A stretch of DNA of 64,000 nucleotides from an uncultured Acidobacteriota bacterium (GCA_963770895.1 CAVYRF010000002.1:2208001-2272000); one strand, 5' to 3'; shown: positions 28,188 through 38,780, counted from the first letter of the stretch. The notes: a model not told the origin generated them from the sequence alone. Numbers and translations: made by a program.

Positions 28188-28775
28188 TCAATGCCGGGCC
28201 AGCGCGGCCTCGATGGCGGCGACCACCTCGGGTGCGTCGGGGGAGACCGGCGGTCCGAAGCGGGCCGTGATCTGGCCGTCGCGCCCGACCAGGAACTTGG
28301 TGAAGTTCCAGAAGATCTGGCCGCCAAACTTGGGGTCGGTCCTGTCGTCGGTGAGGAACTGGTACAGCGGCGCCTTGTCGCTGCCCCGCACCGAGATCTT
28401 GGCGAACATGTCGAAGGTGACGCCGTAGTTCTTCTGGCAGAAGGTGCCGATCTCGGCGTTGGTGCCTGGCTCCTGCCACAGGAAGTTGTTGGCCGGGAAG
28501 CCCAGGATGACAAATCCCTGCGGATGGTATTTCTGGTAGAGCTCTTCCAGCGCCTTGTATTGCGGTGTGAAGCCGCAGCGGCTGGCGGTGTTGACGATCA
28601 TCGCCACCTGGCCCTGATAGCGCGCCAGATCGACCGCCTGGCCGGTGAGGCTGGGCATGGTGAAGCGCCACACCGGCGCGGCTTGCGAGGGCGACGCGCC
28701 GCGCGCCGGCGGCGCGGTCACGGCGAGCGGTCCCACGATCAGGGCGACGGCGACGAACAAGATCAGGCGCACCAT
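28188..28775 (-). CDS. Exported glutathione peroxidase family protein (Cys type)
   Basis: VNTASRCGFTPQY, LGFPANNF..QEPG, WNFTKFLV. Confidence 0.95.
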   Translation of the reverse strand: MVRLILFVAVALIVGPLAVTAPPARGASPSQAAPVWRFTMPSLTGQAVDLARYQGQVAMIVNTASRCGFTPQYKALEELYQKYHPQGFVILGFPANNFLWQEPGTNAEIGTFCQKNYGVTFDMFAKISVRGSDKAPLYQFLTDDRTDPKFGGQIFWNFTKFLVGRDGQITARFGPPVSPDAPEVVAAIEAALARH

Positions 28776-28964
28776 GTCTGGCTCCTTCTTTTCAGCCTTC
28801 AGCGTCATCTTACCCTGGCGCTCGCCGCGCCGGCGCTGGTGCCGGCGCCAGTACACCCCGCCTCCGGCAGATGCAACTTGCCGGCTGCGCCGGCGTATTG
28901 ATCACGGAGACCCGTACCCATTTCCGCAGCACAAACCGTGCGATGTGCGATGAGGAGACCCATA

Positions 28965-30515
28965 GTGAACAGAGCTCTTGTATGGCTGCTGGCCGCCGCG
29001 ACGGTTGCGGGCGGCGTCGCAGCCCGCGCCCAGGAACGGCCGGACGGTGCCGGCGCCGGCGCTGACGCCAAAAAGGCGCCGCATGAGGCGCCGAAGCCCG
29101 AACAGTCCGCAACGCAGCACAGCATCGTCGTCGGCGGCAAGACCGTCAACTACACCGCCACCGCCGGCACGCTGATCCTGCGCAACGACAAGGACGAGCC
29201 CACGGCCGCCGTCGGCTACGTGGCCTACACCCAGCGCGACGTATCCGACCTGTCGCACCGCCCGATCACCTTTGCCTACAACGGCGGCCCCGGTTCGGCG
29301 TCGCTGTGGCTGCACATGGGCGCCCTGGGGCCGCGCCGCATCGTCACCAGCGATGCCTCTCCCACGCCGCCGCCGCCCTACCGGGTGGTGGACAACGCGT
29401 ACAGCATCATCGACAAGACCGACCTGGTGATGATCGATCCCGTCGGCACCGGCCTGAGCCGTGCGGTCGGCGATCACAAGGACAGGGAGTTCTGGGGCAC
29501 CGACCCCGACATCGAATCGGTGAGCCGCTTCATCACCCAATACGTGTCCGACAACCTGCGCTGGAACTCGCCCAAGTACCTGCTCGGCGAGAGCTACGGC
29601 ACGACCCGTTCGGCAGGGGTGGTGGAGTACCTGCAGTCGCGTGAAAACATGGCGTTCAACGGCGTCATCCTGGTGTCGGTGGCGATGGATATCGAATCGA
29701 TCTTCGAGTGGCCGGGCAACGAGCGGCCCTTCGTGCTCTACCTGCCGACGTATGCCGCCGTGTCGTACTACCACCACGCCTTGCCGCACCAGCCGCCGGC
29801 GCTGGTGCCGTTCCTGGACGAAGTGCGCAAGTTTGCTCTCGGCGAATACGCCTCGGCCCTGCTCAAGGGCGACTCGCTGAGCGAGCAGGAGCGCGACGCC
29901 GTCGCCGCCAAGATGCACGAATACACCGGCCTGTCGATCGAGTACCTGAAGCTGGCCAACCTGCGGGTGCGGGAGTCGCAGTTCACCCAGGAGCTGCTGC
30001 GCGGACATCGCGAGACGGTGGGACGGCTGGACGCGCGCTTCCTGGGCGTGTCGTTCGATCACCTCTCGGAGGACGCGGACTACGACCCGCAGTCTGCCGC
30101 CATCAGCGCGCCGTTCACCGCCGCGTTCCTCAACTATCTGCACGGCGAGCTGAAGTTCGGCCAGGGCAAGACCTATAACACCAGCGCCGAAGTGTTCCCG
30201 TTCTGGAAGTTTGAGCACAAGCCGCCCGGCTTCCCCTTCCCGCTGCCGGTGGCCGACACCGCTCTCGACCTGGCCCACGCCCTGGGTTACAACCCGGGCC
30301 TGCGGGTGCTGGTGCTCAACGGCTACTACGACCTGGCGACGCCGTTCCTGGGCACCGAATCGACGTTCGACCACCTCGGCCTGGAAAAGGAGCTGCGCGA
30401 TCACGTGCAGATGAAGTACTACGAGGCGGGGCACATGATGTACGTCAACGAGCCGGCGCTCAAGCAGTTCAAGAGCGACATCGCCGGCTTCTACGACGCC
30501 ACCACGCACCAGTAG
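28965..30515 (+). CDS. S10 serine carboxypeptidase
   Basis: NGGPGSAS, DPVGTG, GESYG, GYYDLATP, AGHMMY; GAGGAG RBS before GTG. Confidence 0.93.
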   Translation: MNRALVWLLAAATVAGGVAARAQERPDGAGAGADAKKAPHEAPKPEQSATQHSIVVGGKTVNYTATAGTLILRNDKDEPTAAVGYVAYTQRDVSDLSHRPITFAYNGGPGSASLWLHMGALGPRRIVTSDASPTPPPPYRVVDNAYSIIDKTDLVMIDPVGTGLSRAVGDHKDREFWGTDPDIESVSRFITQYVSDNLRWNSPKYLLGESYGTTRSAGVVEYLQSRENMAFNGVILVSVAMDIESIFEWPGNERPFVLYLPTYAAVSYYHHALPHQPPALVPFLDEVRKFALGEYASALLKGDSLSEQERDAVAAKMHEYTGLSIEYLKLANLRVRESQFTQELLRGHRETVGRLDARFLGVSFDHLSEDADYDPQSAAISAPFTAAFLNYLHGELKFGQGKTYNTSAEVFPFWKFEHKPPGFPFPLPVADTALDLAHALGYNPGLRVLVLNGYYDLATPFLGTESTFDHLGLEKELRDHVQMKYYEAGHMMYVNEPALKQFKSDIAGFYDATTHQ

Positions 30516-30704
30516 GGGGCCGTAGACGGTCGTGGGGGGGTGCGGGGGGCTGTGGGTGGGGGGCCGTCAGGACGCCGCTACGACCGCACGGTTGTGTGTC
30601 GGGCGGCGGCGGCCCCTGTCCTGCCCCCGCCGTCCCCACCCCGGCCTGCAAAGCGTGTTATCATGCCAACTTGAGTAGCGCCGGGTTCCTGTAGGAGGTC
30701 CTAG

Positions 30705-31361
30705 ATGCTGCGCAAGACGACGCAATCCACGCACCTGCCGGCCGCCGCCCCCGCGGTCGCGGCTCCTCTCCGGCGTTCGCCGCGCGCGGCGCTGGCGACG
30801 CTTGGCTCGTTAAGCATGCTGGCTGTCCTGGCGTTCGCCGTCGCCGTCCCGGCGCAGGCCGAGGTCTTCCACGTGAAGCTGCGCAACGGCACCGTGGTCG
30901 ACACCGCCTACCAGCCGCAGCAGGCGCCCTGGGATGCCAGCCTGGTGGTGTTCCTGGACGAATCCGGCAACTGGATCGGCCTGCCGCAGAAGGACATCGA
31001 AACGGTACAGTCCGAATCGCAGCTGCGCGGCTTCGGCGTCTCCCTCAACTTCAACACCGTGGCGATCGGCTGGGCGCCCAACGACGCCATCGACCCGGCG
31101 ACGGCCAAGACCGACCCCAACGCGGCAACCATGCAGGCGCTGCAAAACATCTACAGCCAGCAGCAGGAGCAGGCGCACTACTCGGTGCAGCAGTTCGTCA
31201 ACGCCGAGCAGACCACCTCGACGTCGGGCATCCCGTCGGCCTTCATCGGCGGCGGCCGCGTGCCGCAGGTGACGCCGCCGCCGGCACCGCCGCCGGTGGT
31301 GTTGCAGGCCGCTCCTGCGGGTGGTGCCGGTCCCAGCGGTGGGGCCGCGCCTCCCAGCTAG
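30705..31361 (+). CDS. Exported hypothetical protein
   Basis: AGGAGG RBS; signal peptide ending AQA; typical codon usage. Confidence 0.65.
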   Translation: MLRKTTQSTHLPAAAPAVAAPLRRSPRAALATLGSLSMLAVLAFAVAVPAQAEVFHVKLRNGTVVDTAYQPQQAPWDASLVVFLDESGNWIGLPQKDIETVQSESQLRGFGVSLNFNTVAIGWAPNDAIDPATAKTDPNAATMQALQNIYSQQQEQAHYSVQQFVNAEQTTSTSGIPSAFIGGGRVPQVTPPPAPPPVVLQAAPAGGAGPSGGAAPPS

Positions 31362-31477
31362 CGGCCCCCCTCCGCTTCCTGCCCGCCGGTTCCGGCTCCT
31401 GCTATCATCGCCGGCGATCGTTCCGTCGTTCTGAACGTCGCCGGCCCTCCGCCGTGGAGGGTTCTATTTGAAAAATC

Positions 31478-31707
31478 GACGGTGAGGTGACGGCACGGCT
31501 GTGTGCAAGCAGCCGTGCCGCCAACGCCTGCGGGCAAAACCGCGGGCAAGAGGGAAGCCGGTGCAAAACCGGCGCGGCCCCCGCCACTGTAACCGGGTAC
31601 GAAACCGGAGATGCCACTGCGTGCGGCGGATCCCCCCAGGGGGGTTGCTCACGCGGGAAGGTCCGGGAGTAGGAAGATCCGGGAGCCAGGAGACCTGCCT
31701 CACCGTC
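31478..31707 (+). promoter_or_regulatory. Cobalamin riboswitch
   Basis: AGGGAAGCCGGTGCAAAACCGGCGCGG-CCCCGCCACTGTAA, GCCACTG, GGGAAGG, GAGCCAGGAGACCTGCC; P1 GACGGTGAGG/CCTCACCGTC; upstream of a TonB receptor. Confidence 0.96.
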
Positions 31708-31808
31708 CGACGCCACCCGCGGGGCGCGGGGATGGGTTGCGTGCTCCGGTGTGCGCGCGCCTCCTCTCTCGGCTAGTCGCGAGGCGTCGCATTTGCGAAG
31801 GAGCACGC

Positions 31809-33695
31809 ATGCGTCAAATCCTTCTCGCCGCCGGTCTCCTCGGGGGGGTGATGCCGGCACTGTGGGGGCAAGCACCCCCCAGCGCCACGGCACCCACCCC
31901 CAATCCCGGCCTGTCGGCTGTCGCCAACGCGCCGAGTCCCAGTTTTTCCGACAGCGTCGTGGTCACCACGTCCCCCGACCGGGAGCCTGAATCCCGCGAC
32001 CAGACCCCTGCCACGGTCACCGTGCTGGACAGCCAGGACATCGCCGCGCGCCAGGCGCGCACTCTGGCCGACCTGCTGTGGAGCGTGCCCGGCCTGAGCG
32101 TCGCCGTAGCGGGGCCTCCCGGCCAGCAGACCTCGGTCTTCACCCGCGGCGCCAATTCCAACCAGACCCTGCTGCTGTGGAACGGCATTCCGCTCAACGA
32201 TCCCGAATTTGGCGACATCAACTGGCAGTTCGTCCCCACCGAAGGCGTCGAACGCGTGGAGGTGGTGCGCGGCCCCTTCAGCTCGCTGTACGGCAGCGAG
32301 GCGATGGCGGGCGTGGTGCAGGTGATCACCGGCGCCCACCAGGGTCTGATGGTCGACCTGGAGGGCGGCCAGCACGGCTACGTGCAGGGGCAGCTCGCCG
32401 GCGGCGTCAACCTGGGACCGCTGCGCCTGGACGCCACCGGCCACGCCCAGCGCAGCGACGACACCCAGCCGGGAGTCAACGACTACTTCGACGGCGAAGA
32501 GGGTGTGCTGCGCGCCCTGTGGGGTTTCCAGCCCGGCGCCACGGTGGGAGCGCTGCTGCGCGCCAACGATTCCGACACCGGCGTGCCGTTTTCGTCCGGC
32601 GTCCTGACGCCAGAAACCACCATCTCGTGGCAGGAGCGGGAGGTGGCGGTGCCGTTCAACGCCACCGGCGGCCGCTGGGCGGTGGATGCGCAGCTCTCCG
32701 ATACCCACTTTGCCAACGACTTCCGCAGCCCTGACGACCCGTTCGGCGCCTACGACGAAGACAGCCATTCGCAGACCTTCGACGGCCGCGCGGTCGGTTC
32801 GTATCACCTGCTGCAGCAGCCGGACCAGGACCTGCAGCTGTCTTTGGGCACCGAAGCCGAGCACTTCCAGGTCAGCGACGTGGACAGCTTCGGCAGCAAC
32901 CTCGACCGCGCCCACCAGCTCACCTGGGCGGGCTTCGGGCAGCTGAGCTACGGCACCGGCCCGGTGCACCTCGACGCCGGGTTGCGGCGCGACAGCAACG
33001 ACGTGTACGGCGGCCAGACCAGCCTGCGCGCCGGCGGCGTCGTGCGCCTGGCCGACCACACCCTGCTGCGCGCCAGCTACGGCCAGGCGTTCCGCGCCCC
33101 GACGCTGGGCGAGCTGTACTTCCCCTTCAGCGGCAACCCCGCCCTGCGCCCCGAAACCAGCACCAGCTACGAAGCCGGCATCGAGCAGGGCATCGGCCCC
33201 TGGCGCCTGGTGGCGACGGCGTTCGAAAACCGCCAGCGCAACCTCATCGTCTACGACAACTTTACCGGCCAGAACAACAACGTCGGGCGGGCGCGCAGCC
33301 GCGGCGTCGAAGGCGAGGTCGGCTACCGTCACGGCATCTTCCGCGCCGACCTCAACGGTACCTACCTGGAGGCGGTGGACCTGGACACCGACGCCGAGCT
33401 GCTGCGGCGCCCCAGGTGGAGCGGCAACCTGGTGCTCACCGCCCACCCCGGCGACTGGACTTTCAACGCCGCGGCGCGCTACGTCGGCGACCGCGCCGAC
33501 ATCGATCCGGTGACCGACGCCACGGTCGGCAACCCCAGCTACTTCCGGCTCGACCTGGCGGCGGCCTGGCAGGCGCTCTCGTGGCTGGCACCGTTCGTGC
33601 GCCTTGAGAACGCCACCAATCACATCTACGACGACGTGCTGGGCTACCCCAGCCAGGGGCGCACCCTGATCGGCGGCGTGGCGGTCCAGTTGTGA
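31809..33695 (+). CDS. btuB: TonB-dependent cobalamin receptor
   Basis: DSVVVT TonB box, plug TRGANSNQT, VERVEVVRGPFSSLYGSEA, FRAPT; under a B12 riboswitch. Confidence 0.88.
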   Translation: MRQILLAAGLLGGVMPALWGQAPPSATAPTPNPGLSAVANAPSPSFSDSVVVTTSPDREPESRDQTPATVTVLDSQDIAARQARTLADLLWSVPGLSVAVAGPPGQQTSVFTRGANSNQTLLLWNGIPLNDPEFGDINWQFVPTEGVERVEVVRGPFSSLYGSEAMAGVVQVITGAHQGLMVDLEGGQHGYVQGQLAGGVNLGPLRLDATGHAQRSDDTQPGVNDYFDGEEGVLRALWGFQPGATVGALLRANDSDTGVPFSSGVLTPETTISWQEREVAVPFNATGGRWAVDAQLSDTHFANDFRSPDDPFGAYDEDSHSQTFDGRAVGSYHLLQQPDQDLQLSLGTEAEHFQVSDVDSFGSNLDRAHQLTWAGFGQLSYGTGPVHLDAGLRRDSNDVYGGQTSLRAGGVVRLADHTLLRASYGQAFRAPTLGELYFPFSGNPALRPETSTSYEAGIEQGIGPWRLVATAFENRQRNLIVYDNFTGQNNNVGRARSRGVEGEVGYRHGIFRADLNGTYLEAVDLDTDAELLRRPRWSGNLVLTAHPGDWTFNAAARYVGDRADIDPVTDATVGNPSYFRLDLAAAWQALSWLAPFVRLENATNHIYDDVLGYPSQGRTLIGGVAVQL

Positions 33696-34402
33696 CGTCC
33701 TCGCGCCGCCGCGGCAGGGCGCAGCCGCGGCGGCGCGAGCCAGTGCTGATCTCCTGGAGCGGCGGCAAGGACAGCATGTTGACGCTGCAGGTCCTGGCCG
33801 GCGACGCGGCCTGCGAGCCGGCCGGCCTGCTCACCACCTTTACCGAACCCGGCGACCGGGTGGCGACGCACCAGGTGCGCCGCGACCTGCTGGAGGCCCA
33901 GGCCGCCGCGCTCGGGCTGCCGCTCCATCCGGTGCTGCTGCCGGCCGATCCGCCCAACCGCGTCTACGAGGAGCGGCTGGCGGCGGCGCTGGCGCCGCTC
34001 GCCGCGCGGGGGCTGCGGCGCATCGCGTTCGGGGACCTGTTCCTGGCCGACCTGCGCGCCTGGCGCGAGCGCCAGATGGCGGCCCTGGGCCTGTCGCCGG
34101 TCTTCCCCCTGTGGGGCCGTGACACCGCCCAGCTGGCCCGCGGTTTTGTCGCCGCCGGGTTTGCCGCCACCCTGGTCTGTGTCGATACCGCCGTGCTGCC
34201 GGCGGACTTTGCCGGCCGCGCCTACGATGCGGCGCTGCTCGCCGACCTGCCGCCGGGCGTCGACGCCTGCGGCGAAAACGGCGAGTTTCACACCTTCGTC
34301 CACGGCGGACCGCTCCTGTCGGGGCCGCTGCCCGTCGTCGCCGGCCGCCGCGAGACCCGCGGGCGCTTCAGCTACTGCGAGCTGACGGCCGCTGCAGGCT
34401 AG
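33692..34402 (+). CDS. PP-loop ATP pyrophosphatase (Dph6/diphthine-ammonia ligase-like)
   Basis: SWSGGKDS, FGDLFL, FPLW, DACGENGEFHTFV. Confidence 0.9.
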   Translation: MTSSRRRGRAQPRRREPVLISWSGGKDSMLTLQVLAGDAACEPAGLLTTFTEPGDRVATHQVRRDLLEAQAAALGLPLHPVLLPADPPNRVYEERLAAALAPLAARGLRRIAFGDLFLADLRAWRERQMAALGLSPVFPLWGRDTAQLARGFVAAGFAATLVCVDTAVLPADFAGRAYDAALLADLPPGVDACGENGEFHTFVHGGPLLSGPLPVVAGRRETRGRFSYCELTAAAG

Positions 34403-34487
34403 TGCGTGACCGCCGCGGCACGCTAGTGCGTGGCGACCGCGGCGGGCTGGTGCGTGCGACCGGGGGACTGGTACTAAGATACAGCGC

Positions 34488-35282
34488 ATGCTCCTCTACA
34501 GAATCGGACCCGACGGGCTGTATGCGGTGGGCGACGACCTCGACGCCGGCGACGGCGCTTCCCGCCGGCCGCTGCGCGTCCTGCACTCGGACCCTTTCGA
34601 AACGCTGCCCGGCGGCTGGCAGCTGGGACGAACCCTGGACGAAGAGCCGAGCGGTCTGCTGGCGCCGGTCCTGCCGGGCAAGATCGTCGGCATCGGCCGC
34701 AACTACGCCGAGCACGCGCGCGAGATGGACAACCCGGTGCCCAGCGAACCGCTGCTGTTCCTCAAGGCCCCGTCGGCGCTGATCGGGCCGCAGGCGCCGG
34801 TGGTGCTGCCGCTGGAAAGCCAGCGGGTGGAGTACGAAGGCGAGATCGCCGTCGTGCTGCGCCGCCGCCTGCGGCGGGCGAGCGCCGATGAGGCAGCGCA
34901 GGCCGTCCTGGGCGTGACCTGCGCCTGCGACGTCACCGCCCGCGACCTGCAGCGCAAGGACGCCACCTTCGCCCGCGCCAAGTCGTTCGACACCTTCTGC
35001 CCCCTGGGCCCGGCGATCTGGGTCGGCGCGCCGCTCGACGACCTGTCGGTGGTGACGCGGCTCAACGGCGCCGAAGTCCAGCGCGGCCACACCCGCGAAA
35101 TGGTGTTCGGTATCGTCGACCTGCTGGTCTACATCTCGCGCATGATGACGCTCGAGCCGCGCGACGTCGTGTTGACCGGCACTCCCGGCGGCGTCGGCCC
35201 GCTGACCAGCGGCGATCGCGTCGAAGTGGAAGTTTCGGGCGCCGGCGTGCTCTCCAACCCGGTGGAGATCCTGCGCGGCTAG
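34488..35282 (+). CDS. Fumarylacetoacetate hydrolase family protein
   Basis: GIGRNYAEH, FLKAPS, YEGE, DVTARD, KSFDTFCPLGP, LTGTP. Confidence 0.95.
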   Translation: MLLYRIGPDGLYAVGDDLDAGDGASRRPLRVLHSDPFETLPGGWQLGRTLDEEPSGLLAPVLPGKIVGIGRNYAEHAREMDNPVPSEPLLFLKAPSALIGPQAPVVLPLESQRVEYEGEIAVVLRRRLRRASADEAAQAVLGVTCACDVTARDLQRKDATFARAKSFDTFCPLGPAIWVGAPLDDLSVVTRLNGAEVQRGHTREMVFGIVDLLVYISRMMTLEPRDVVLTGTPGGVGPLTSGDRVEVEVSGAGVLSNPVEILRG

Positions 35283-35292
35283 TGAAGGCAGG

Positions 35293-35526
35293 CTAGCTTC
35301 CGCCGTCCATCCCCGCGTCCCGCTCTGCTTCCGGCTGCTCCTGCCAGGCGGGCGGCGGCAGGGCCCGCCAGGGGAACAGCACCAGGGCGCCCAGCAGCAG
35401 CAGGTGCAGGGCGCCGCCCAGCAGGACGCCGGCGAAGAGCAATCCCATCCAGCTCGAAAACAGCAGGAGCGCGCAGGCGGCGCGCACGCCGGGGCTCGTG
35501 GCGGACACTGTCCGGCACCGTATCAC
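35293..35526 (-). CDS. Small membrane protein
   Basis: Two hydrophobic segments; fills the intergenic gap; start uncertain. Confidence 0.45.
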   Translation of the reverse strand: MIRCRTVSATSPGVRAACALLLFSSWMGLLFAGVLLGGALHLLLLGALVLFPWRALPPPAWQEQPEAERDAGMDGGS

Positions 35527-35585
35527 AGGGGCGGCGTTGCGGCTTTGCCGCCGCTTCGGGGCCCGGCGGGAGTATCCTGGGCTGC

Positions 35586-36425
35586 ATGATCCAGGCGATC
35601 ACCTTCGACGTCACCCGCACCCTGATCCACTGCCCACGGATGGGGGAGATCTATGCCGAGGTCCTGGGCCGCCACGGTATTCAGGTGGCGCCTGCCGAGG
35701 CGGTGCGGCTGATCGACGTGGTGTGGCGCGAGCTGGCCTGCTCGGCCGACCCGGCGCGCGATCGCTGGACCGCCCACCCCGAGGGGGCGCGCGGCTGGTG
35801 GCAGCGCTTTCTGGAGCGCTTCTGCGAGCACCTCGATTCGGCGCCGCCGTCGCGCTTCGCCGCCGCCGAGCTGTTCCACCGCTTCGGCAGCGGCGAAACG
35901 TGGGAGGTCTACCCCGAGGTCTTCGAGGTGCTGGACGCGCTGCGCGCCCGGCGGCTGCGGCTGGGGGTCATCAGCAACTGGGATACCCGCCTCCCCGAAG
36001 TGCTGCGCCAGCTGGATCTGGCCCGGCGCTTCGACGCCGTGGTCTACTCTTCGGCGGTCGGCGTCGAAAAGCCCGATCCGCGCATCTTCCGCCGCGCCCT
36101 GCGCGAGCTGGGGGTGGAGCCGCAGATGGCGCTGCACATCGGCGATTCGCGGCTGGAAGACGTCGAAGGCGCCGCCGCGTCCGGCATGCAGTCGCTGCTG
36201 CTGGCGCGCCACGGCGCGGAGCCGGCGGCCGAGCTGCGGCAGCCGCCTGCCCGCCGGGCGCCCGCGAGCGCCGGCCGCCAGGCCGCGATGCGGTCCAGCC
36301 TGCCCCGGCTGCAGTCGCTGCAGAAGGCGCCTGCCGCCAATGCCGCCGCGCTGCCGGACCTGGCCGACCTGGCGCGGCTCCCTGCGCTGCTCGGTGGCGG
36401 AACCCCTGGGGGTCATCTCCTGTGA
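35586..36425 (+). CDS. HAD-IA family hydrolase
   Basis: FDVTRT, ISNWD, EKPD, HIGDS..ED. Confidence 0.9.
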   Translation: MIQAITFDVTRTLIHCPRMGEIYAEVLGRHGIQVAPAEAVRLIDVVWRELACSADPARDRWTAHPEGARGWWQRFLERFCEHLDSAPPSRFAAAELFHRFGSGETWEVYPEVFEVLDALRARRLRLGVISNWDTRLPEVLRQLDLARRFDAVVYSSAVGVEKPDPRIFRRALRELGVEPQMALHIGDSRLEDVEGAAASGMQSLLLARHGAEPAAELRQPPARRAPASAGRQAAMRSSLPRLQSLQKAPAANAAALPDLADLARLPALLGGGTPGGHLL

Positions 36426-36441
36426 TAAAGTAACCGAAGAG

Positions 36442-37029
36442 ATGAAGATTTCGACCAAAGGCGAATACGGCATGCGGGCGATGCTCCACATCGCCATGCA
36501 CGGTGAGCACGGGCCGGTCACCAGCCATGAAATCGCTCGTCACCAGGGCATCCCGGAACCGTACCTGCGCCAGATCCTGGCCCAGCTGTCGCGCGACGGC
36601 CTGATCCACTCCAACCGCGGCCCGCAGGGTGGGCACGTGCTGGGGCGGCCCGCGGCGAGGATCACCTTCCAGCACATCCTGATGACGCTCGAAGGCCAGA
36701 CCACCTCGGTCGACCAGATCCTGGCGCTGCCGTGCCACATCGAGATCGGCTCGCAGTTCTGCGTCATCCGGGAAGTCTTCCTGGAGGTCAAGGCGGCGGT
36801 CGAGCGGATCCTCTCTTCCACCACGCTCGAACAGATGGTGGCGCGCCAGCGGCAGATTCTGTCGCAGGGCATCTCGGTGCCGCACGCCCTGCCGTCGAGC
36901 GCCTCGGCCCTGCTGCCGATCCTGTCCGACGCCGCGGAGCTGGCAGCGGCGACCGCGGCCGCGGCGGCGACCGCGGCCAGCAGCGCACTCGACGCCAATC
37001 GTTCCCACGGCGCCCGCGCCCGCTCTTGA
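36442..37029 (+). CDS. Rrf2 family transcriptional regulator
   Basis: MKISTKGEYG, IPEPYLRQIL, RGPQGG; two Cys. Confidence 0.92.
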   Translation: MKISTKGEYGMRAMLHIAMHGEHGPVTSHEIARHQGIPEPYLRQILAQLSRDGLIHSNRGPQGGHVLGRPAARITFQHILMTLEGQTTSVDQILALPCHIEIGSQFCVIREVFLEVKAAVERILSSTTLEQMVARQRQILSQGISVPHALPSSASALLPILSDAAELAAATAAAAATAASSALDANRSHGARARS

Positions 37030-37090
37030 ACGGGCGCAATGAAGTTGCTACACTCCGCGCCGCGAGGCGGGGGGAGGGCGGGAGTCTGGG

Positions 37091-37315
37091 ATGCCTGGCA
37101 AGCAGACGCAGCGCGGAGAAGCAGCCCGTGCATACAGCCTTGGCTTCGAGCTGGTCTGCGCCGTAGCAGGCTTCACGCTGGTCGGCATTTGGATCGATAG
37201 GCACTTCAGCTGTGGGCCGTGGGGCACCCTGATCGGCCTCTTGCTTGGGGCCGTTGGCGGCTTCTACAACTTGTTCCGCGGAACGTTGCGCACGCGTCAC
37301 ACCGATCGCGAATGA
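37091..37315 (+). CDS. AtpZ/AtpI-family ATP synthase accessory protein
   Basis: GIWIDRHF..PWG..IGLLLG..GGFYNL; first gene before atpB. Confidence 0.8.
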   Translation: MPGKQTQRGEAARAYSLGFELVCAVAGFTLVGIWIDRHFSCGPWGTLIGLLLGAVGGFYNLFRGTLRTRHTDRE

Positions 37316-37749
37316 TCGTCGATTCGCCGAGCGCCGCGGCAGGCTATGCGCGGTTCGTCGGGTGGGCGGTTGCGGTGGCCGCCGCTGTAGCGGTCGTCGG
37401 CTACGTGCCGGCGGTCCACTTCGGCGGCATGGTCGCGGTGCCGGCGCTCCTTGCGGGCTGCGGCATCGCGGCGGTCGCTTCGGCGCTCGGCGGCGTGCCG
37501 ATCGCGCTGGCCGGCGCTGACCCGGTGCGGCGCCCGCAGTCGGTGCTGCTGTCCCTGGCGTTACGCCTGGCGGCGGTGCTGGCCCTGGGAGTGGCGGCGG
37601 TCGAAACCGGGCGCTTCGCCAGCCGGCAGCTGGTGGTCTGGACGGCGATCGCGTACGCGGCGCAGCTGGTGGTCGACAGCCGCTACGCCATGCAGTCGCC
37701 GCGGAGCGGCATGAGCAACACGAGCGACGACGGAGATTCGAAACGTTGA
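37312..37749 (+). CDS. atpI: ATP synthase subunit I-like membrane protein
   Basis: Four TM segments; position between atpZ-like gene and atpB. Confidence 0.6.
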   Translation: MIVDSPSAAAGYARFVGWAVAVAAAVAVVGYVPAVHFGGMVAVPALLAGCGIAAVASALGGVPIALAGADPVRRPQSVLLSLALRLAAVLALGVAAVETGRFASRQLVVWTAIAYAAQLVVDSRYAMQSPRSGMSNTSDDGDSKR

Positions 37750-38645
37750 TGACGACATCGGCGCCGGCACCGCCCACCAACTTTCTGGAGCACATCGTCC
37801 AGCATCCGCTGATCACGCGTCCGGCGGATCTGGGGTTTTTGACGCCGCACCAGCACATCACCATCCTGAGCAACCACATCGTGATGATGATCACGACCGG
37901 CGTGCTGCTCATGCTGCTGCTGCCGATGTTCCTGCGCCAGCGCCGCGCCGCGTCGGCGTCGCGCGACGAGGTGGGGCACCTGGTGCCCGGCGGTCCCGGC
38001 AACTTCCTCGAAGCGATCTGCGAATACCTGCGCAAAGAGGTTGCCGAGCCGGCGCTCGAACAGCACACCGACCGCTTCATCAAGTACATCTGGACGCTGT
38101 TCTTCTTCGTCCTGGTCAACAACCTCCTGGGCCTCATCCCGTTTTCGACCGTGACGCCGCTCATGGGCATCCACCTGGGCGGCACGGCCACCGGCAACGT
38201 CTGGGTCACCGGCACGCTGGCGGCGATGACCTTCGTCATGATGGTGTTCAACGGCGTGCGCCTGGGCGGCCGCCACTACTTCGCCCACTTCTGCCCCGGC
38301 CCTCTGTGGCTGGCGCCGCTTTTGGTGCCGATCGAAATCCTCGGCCAGTTCGCCAAGACGTTCGCGCTGGCCATCCGTCTGTTCGCCAACATGCTCGCCG
38401 GGCACATCATGCTCGCCGTGCTGGTCAGCTTCATCCTGGGGGCGGGCACCGCGATGGGCACCGGCGTCGGCCTGGCGGTGGCGGTGCCGGTCATCGCGGG
38501 ATCCATCGCCATCACGCTGTTGGAGCTGTTTGTCGCCTTTCTGCAGGCGTACATCTTCGCCTTCCTGACCGCGCTGTTCATCGGCCAGGCGGTGGTGTTC
38601 CACCAGGACCATGGGGACGGGCACCACGAAGAAGCGACGATCTGA
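37749..38645 (+). CDS. atpB: ATP synthase Fo subunit a
   Basis: NLLGLIP, LAIRLFANMLAGH, LQAYIF. Confidence 0.96.
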   Translation: MTTSAPAPPTNFLEHIVQHPLITRPADLGFLTPHQHITILSNHIVMMITTGVLLMLLLPMFLRQRRAASASRDEVGHLVPGGPGNFLEAICEYLRKEVAEPALEQHTDRFIKYIWTLFFFVLVNNLLGLIPFSTVTPLMGIHLGGTATGNVWVTGTLAAMTFVMMVFNGVRLGGRHYFAHFCPGPLWLAPLLVPIEILGQFAKTFALAIRLFANMLAGHIMLAVLVSFILGAGTAMGTGVGLAVAVPVIAGSIAITLLELFVAFLQAYIFAFLTALFIGQAVVFHQDHGDGHHEEATI

Positions 38646-38780
38646 TCCGCAATGTCAATTTCGCCATGCCCGGATAGTCGCGGGGCACCGCGGGCCGTGA
38701 GGCGTACTGCGATGGCGTTTTCGAGGAGAGATGGCCGGCCCCGCACGGCCGCACAGGAAACGACGAAAGGACTTCATCCG

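Noticed and set aside
30516-30660. G-run-rich intergenic tract (also 62175-62260), possible G-quadruplex or REP element
   Set aside because: The two tracts do not align, and G-runs are expected at this GC content.
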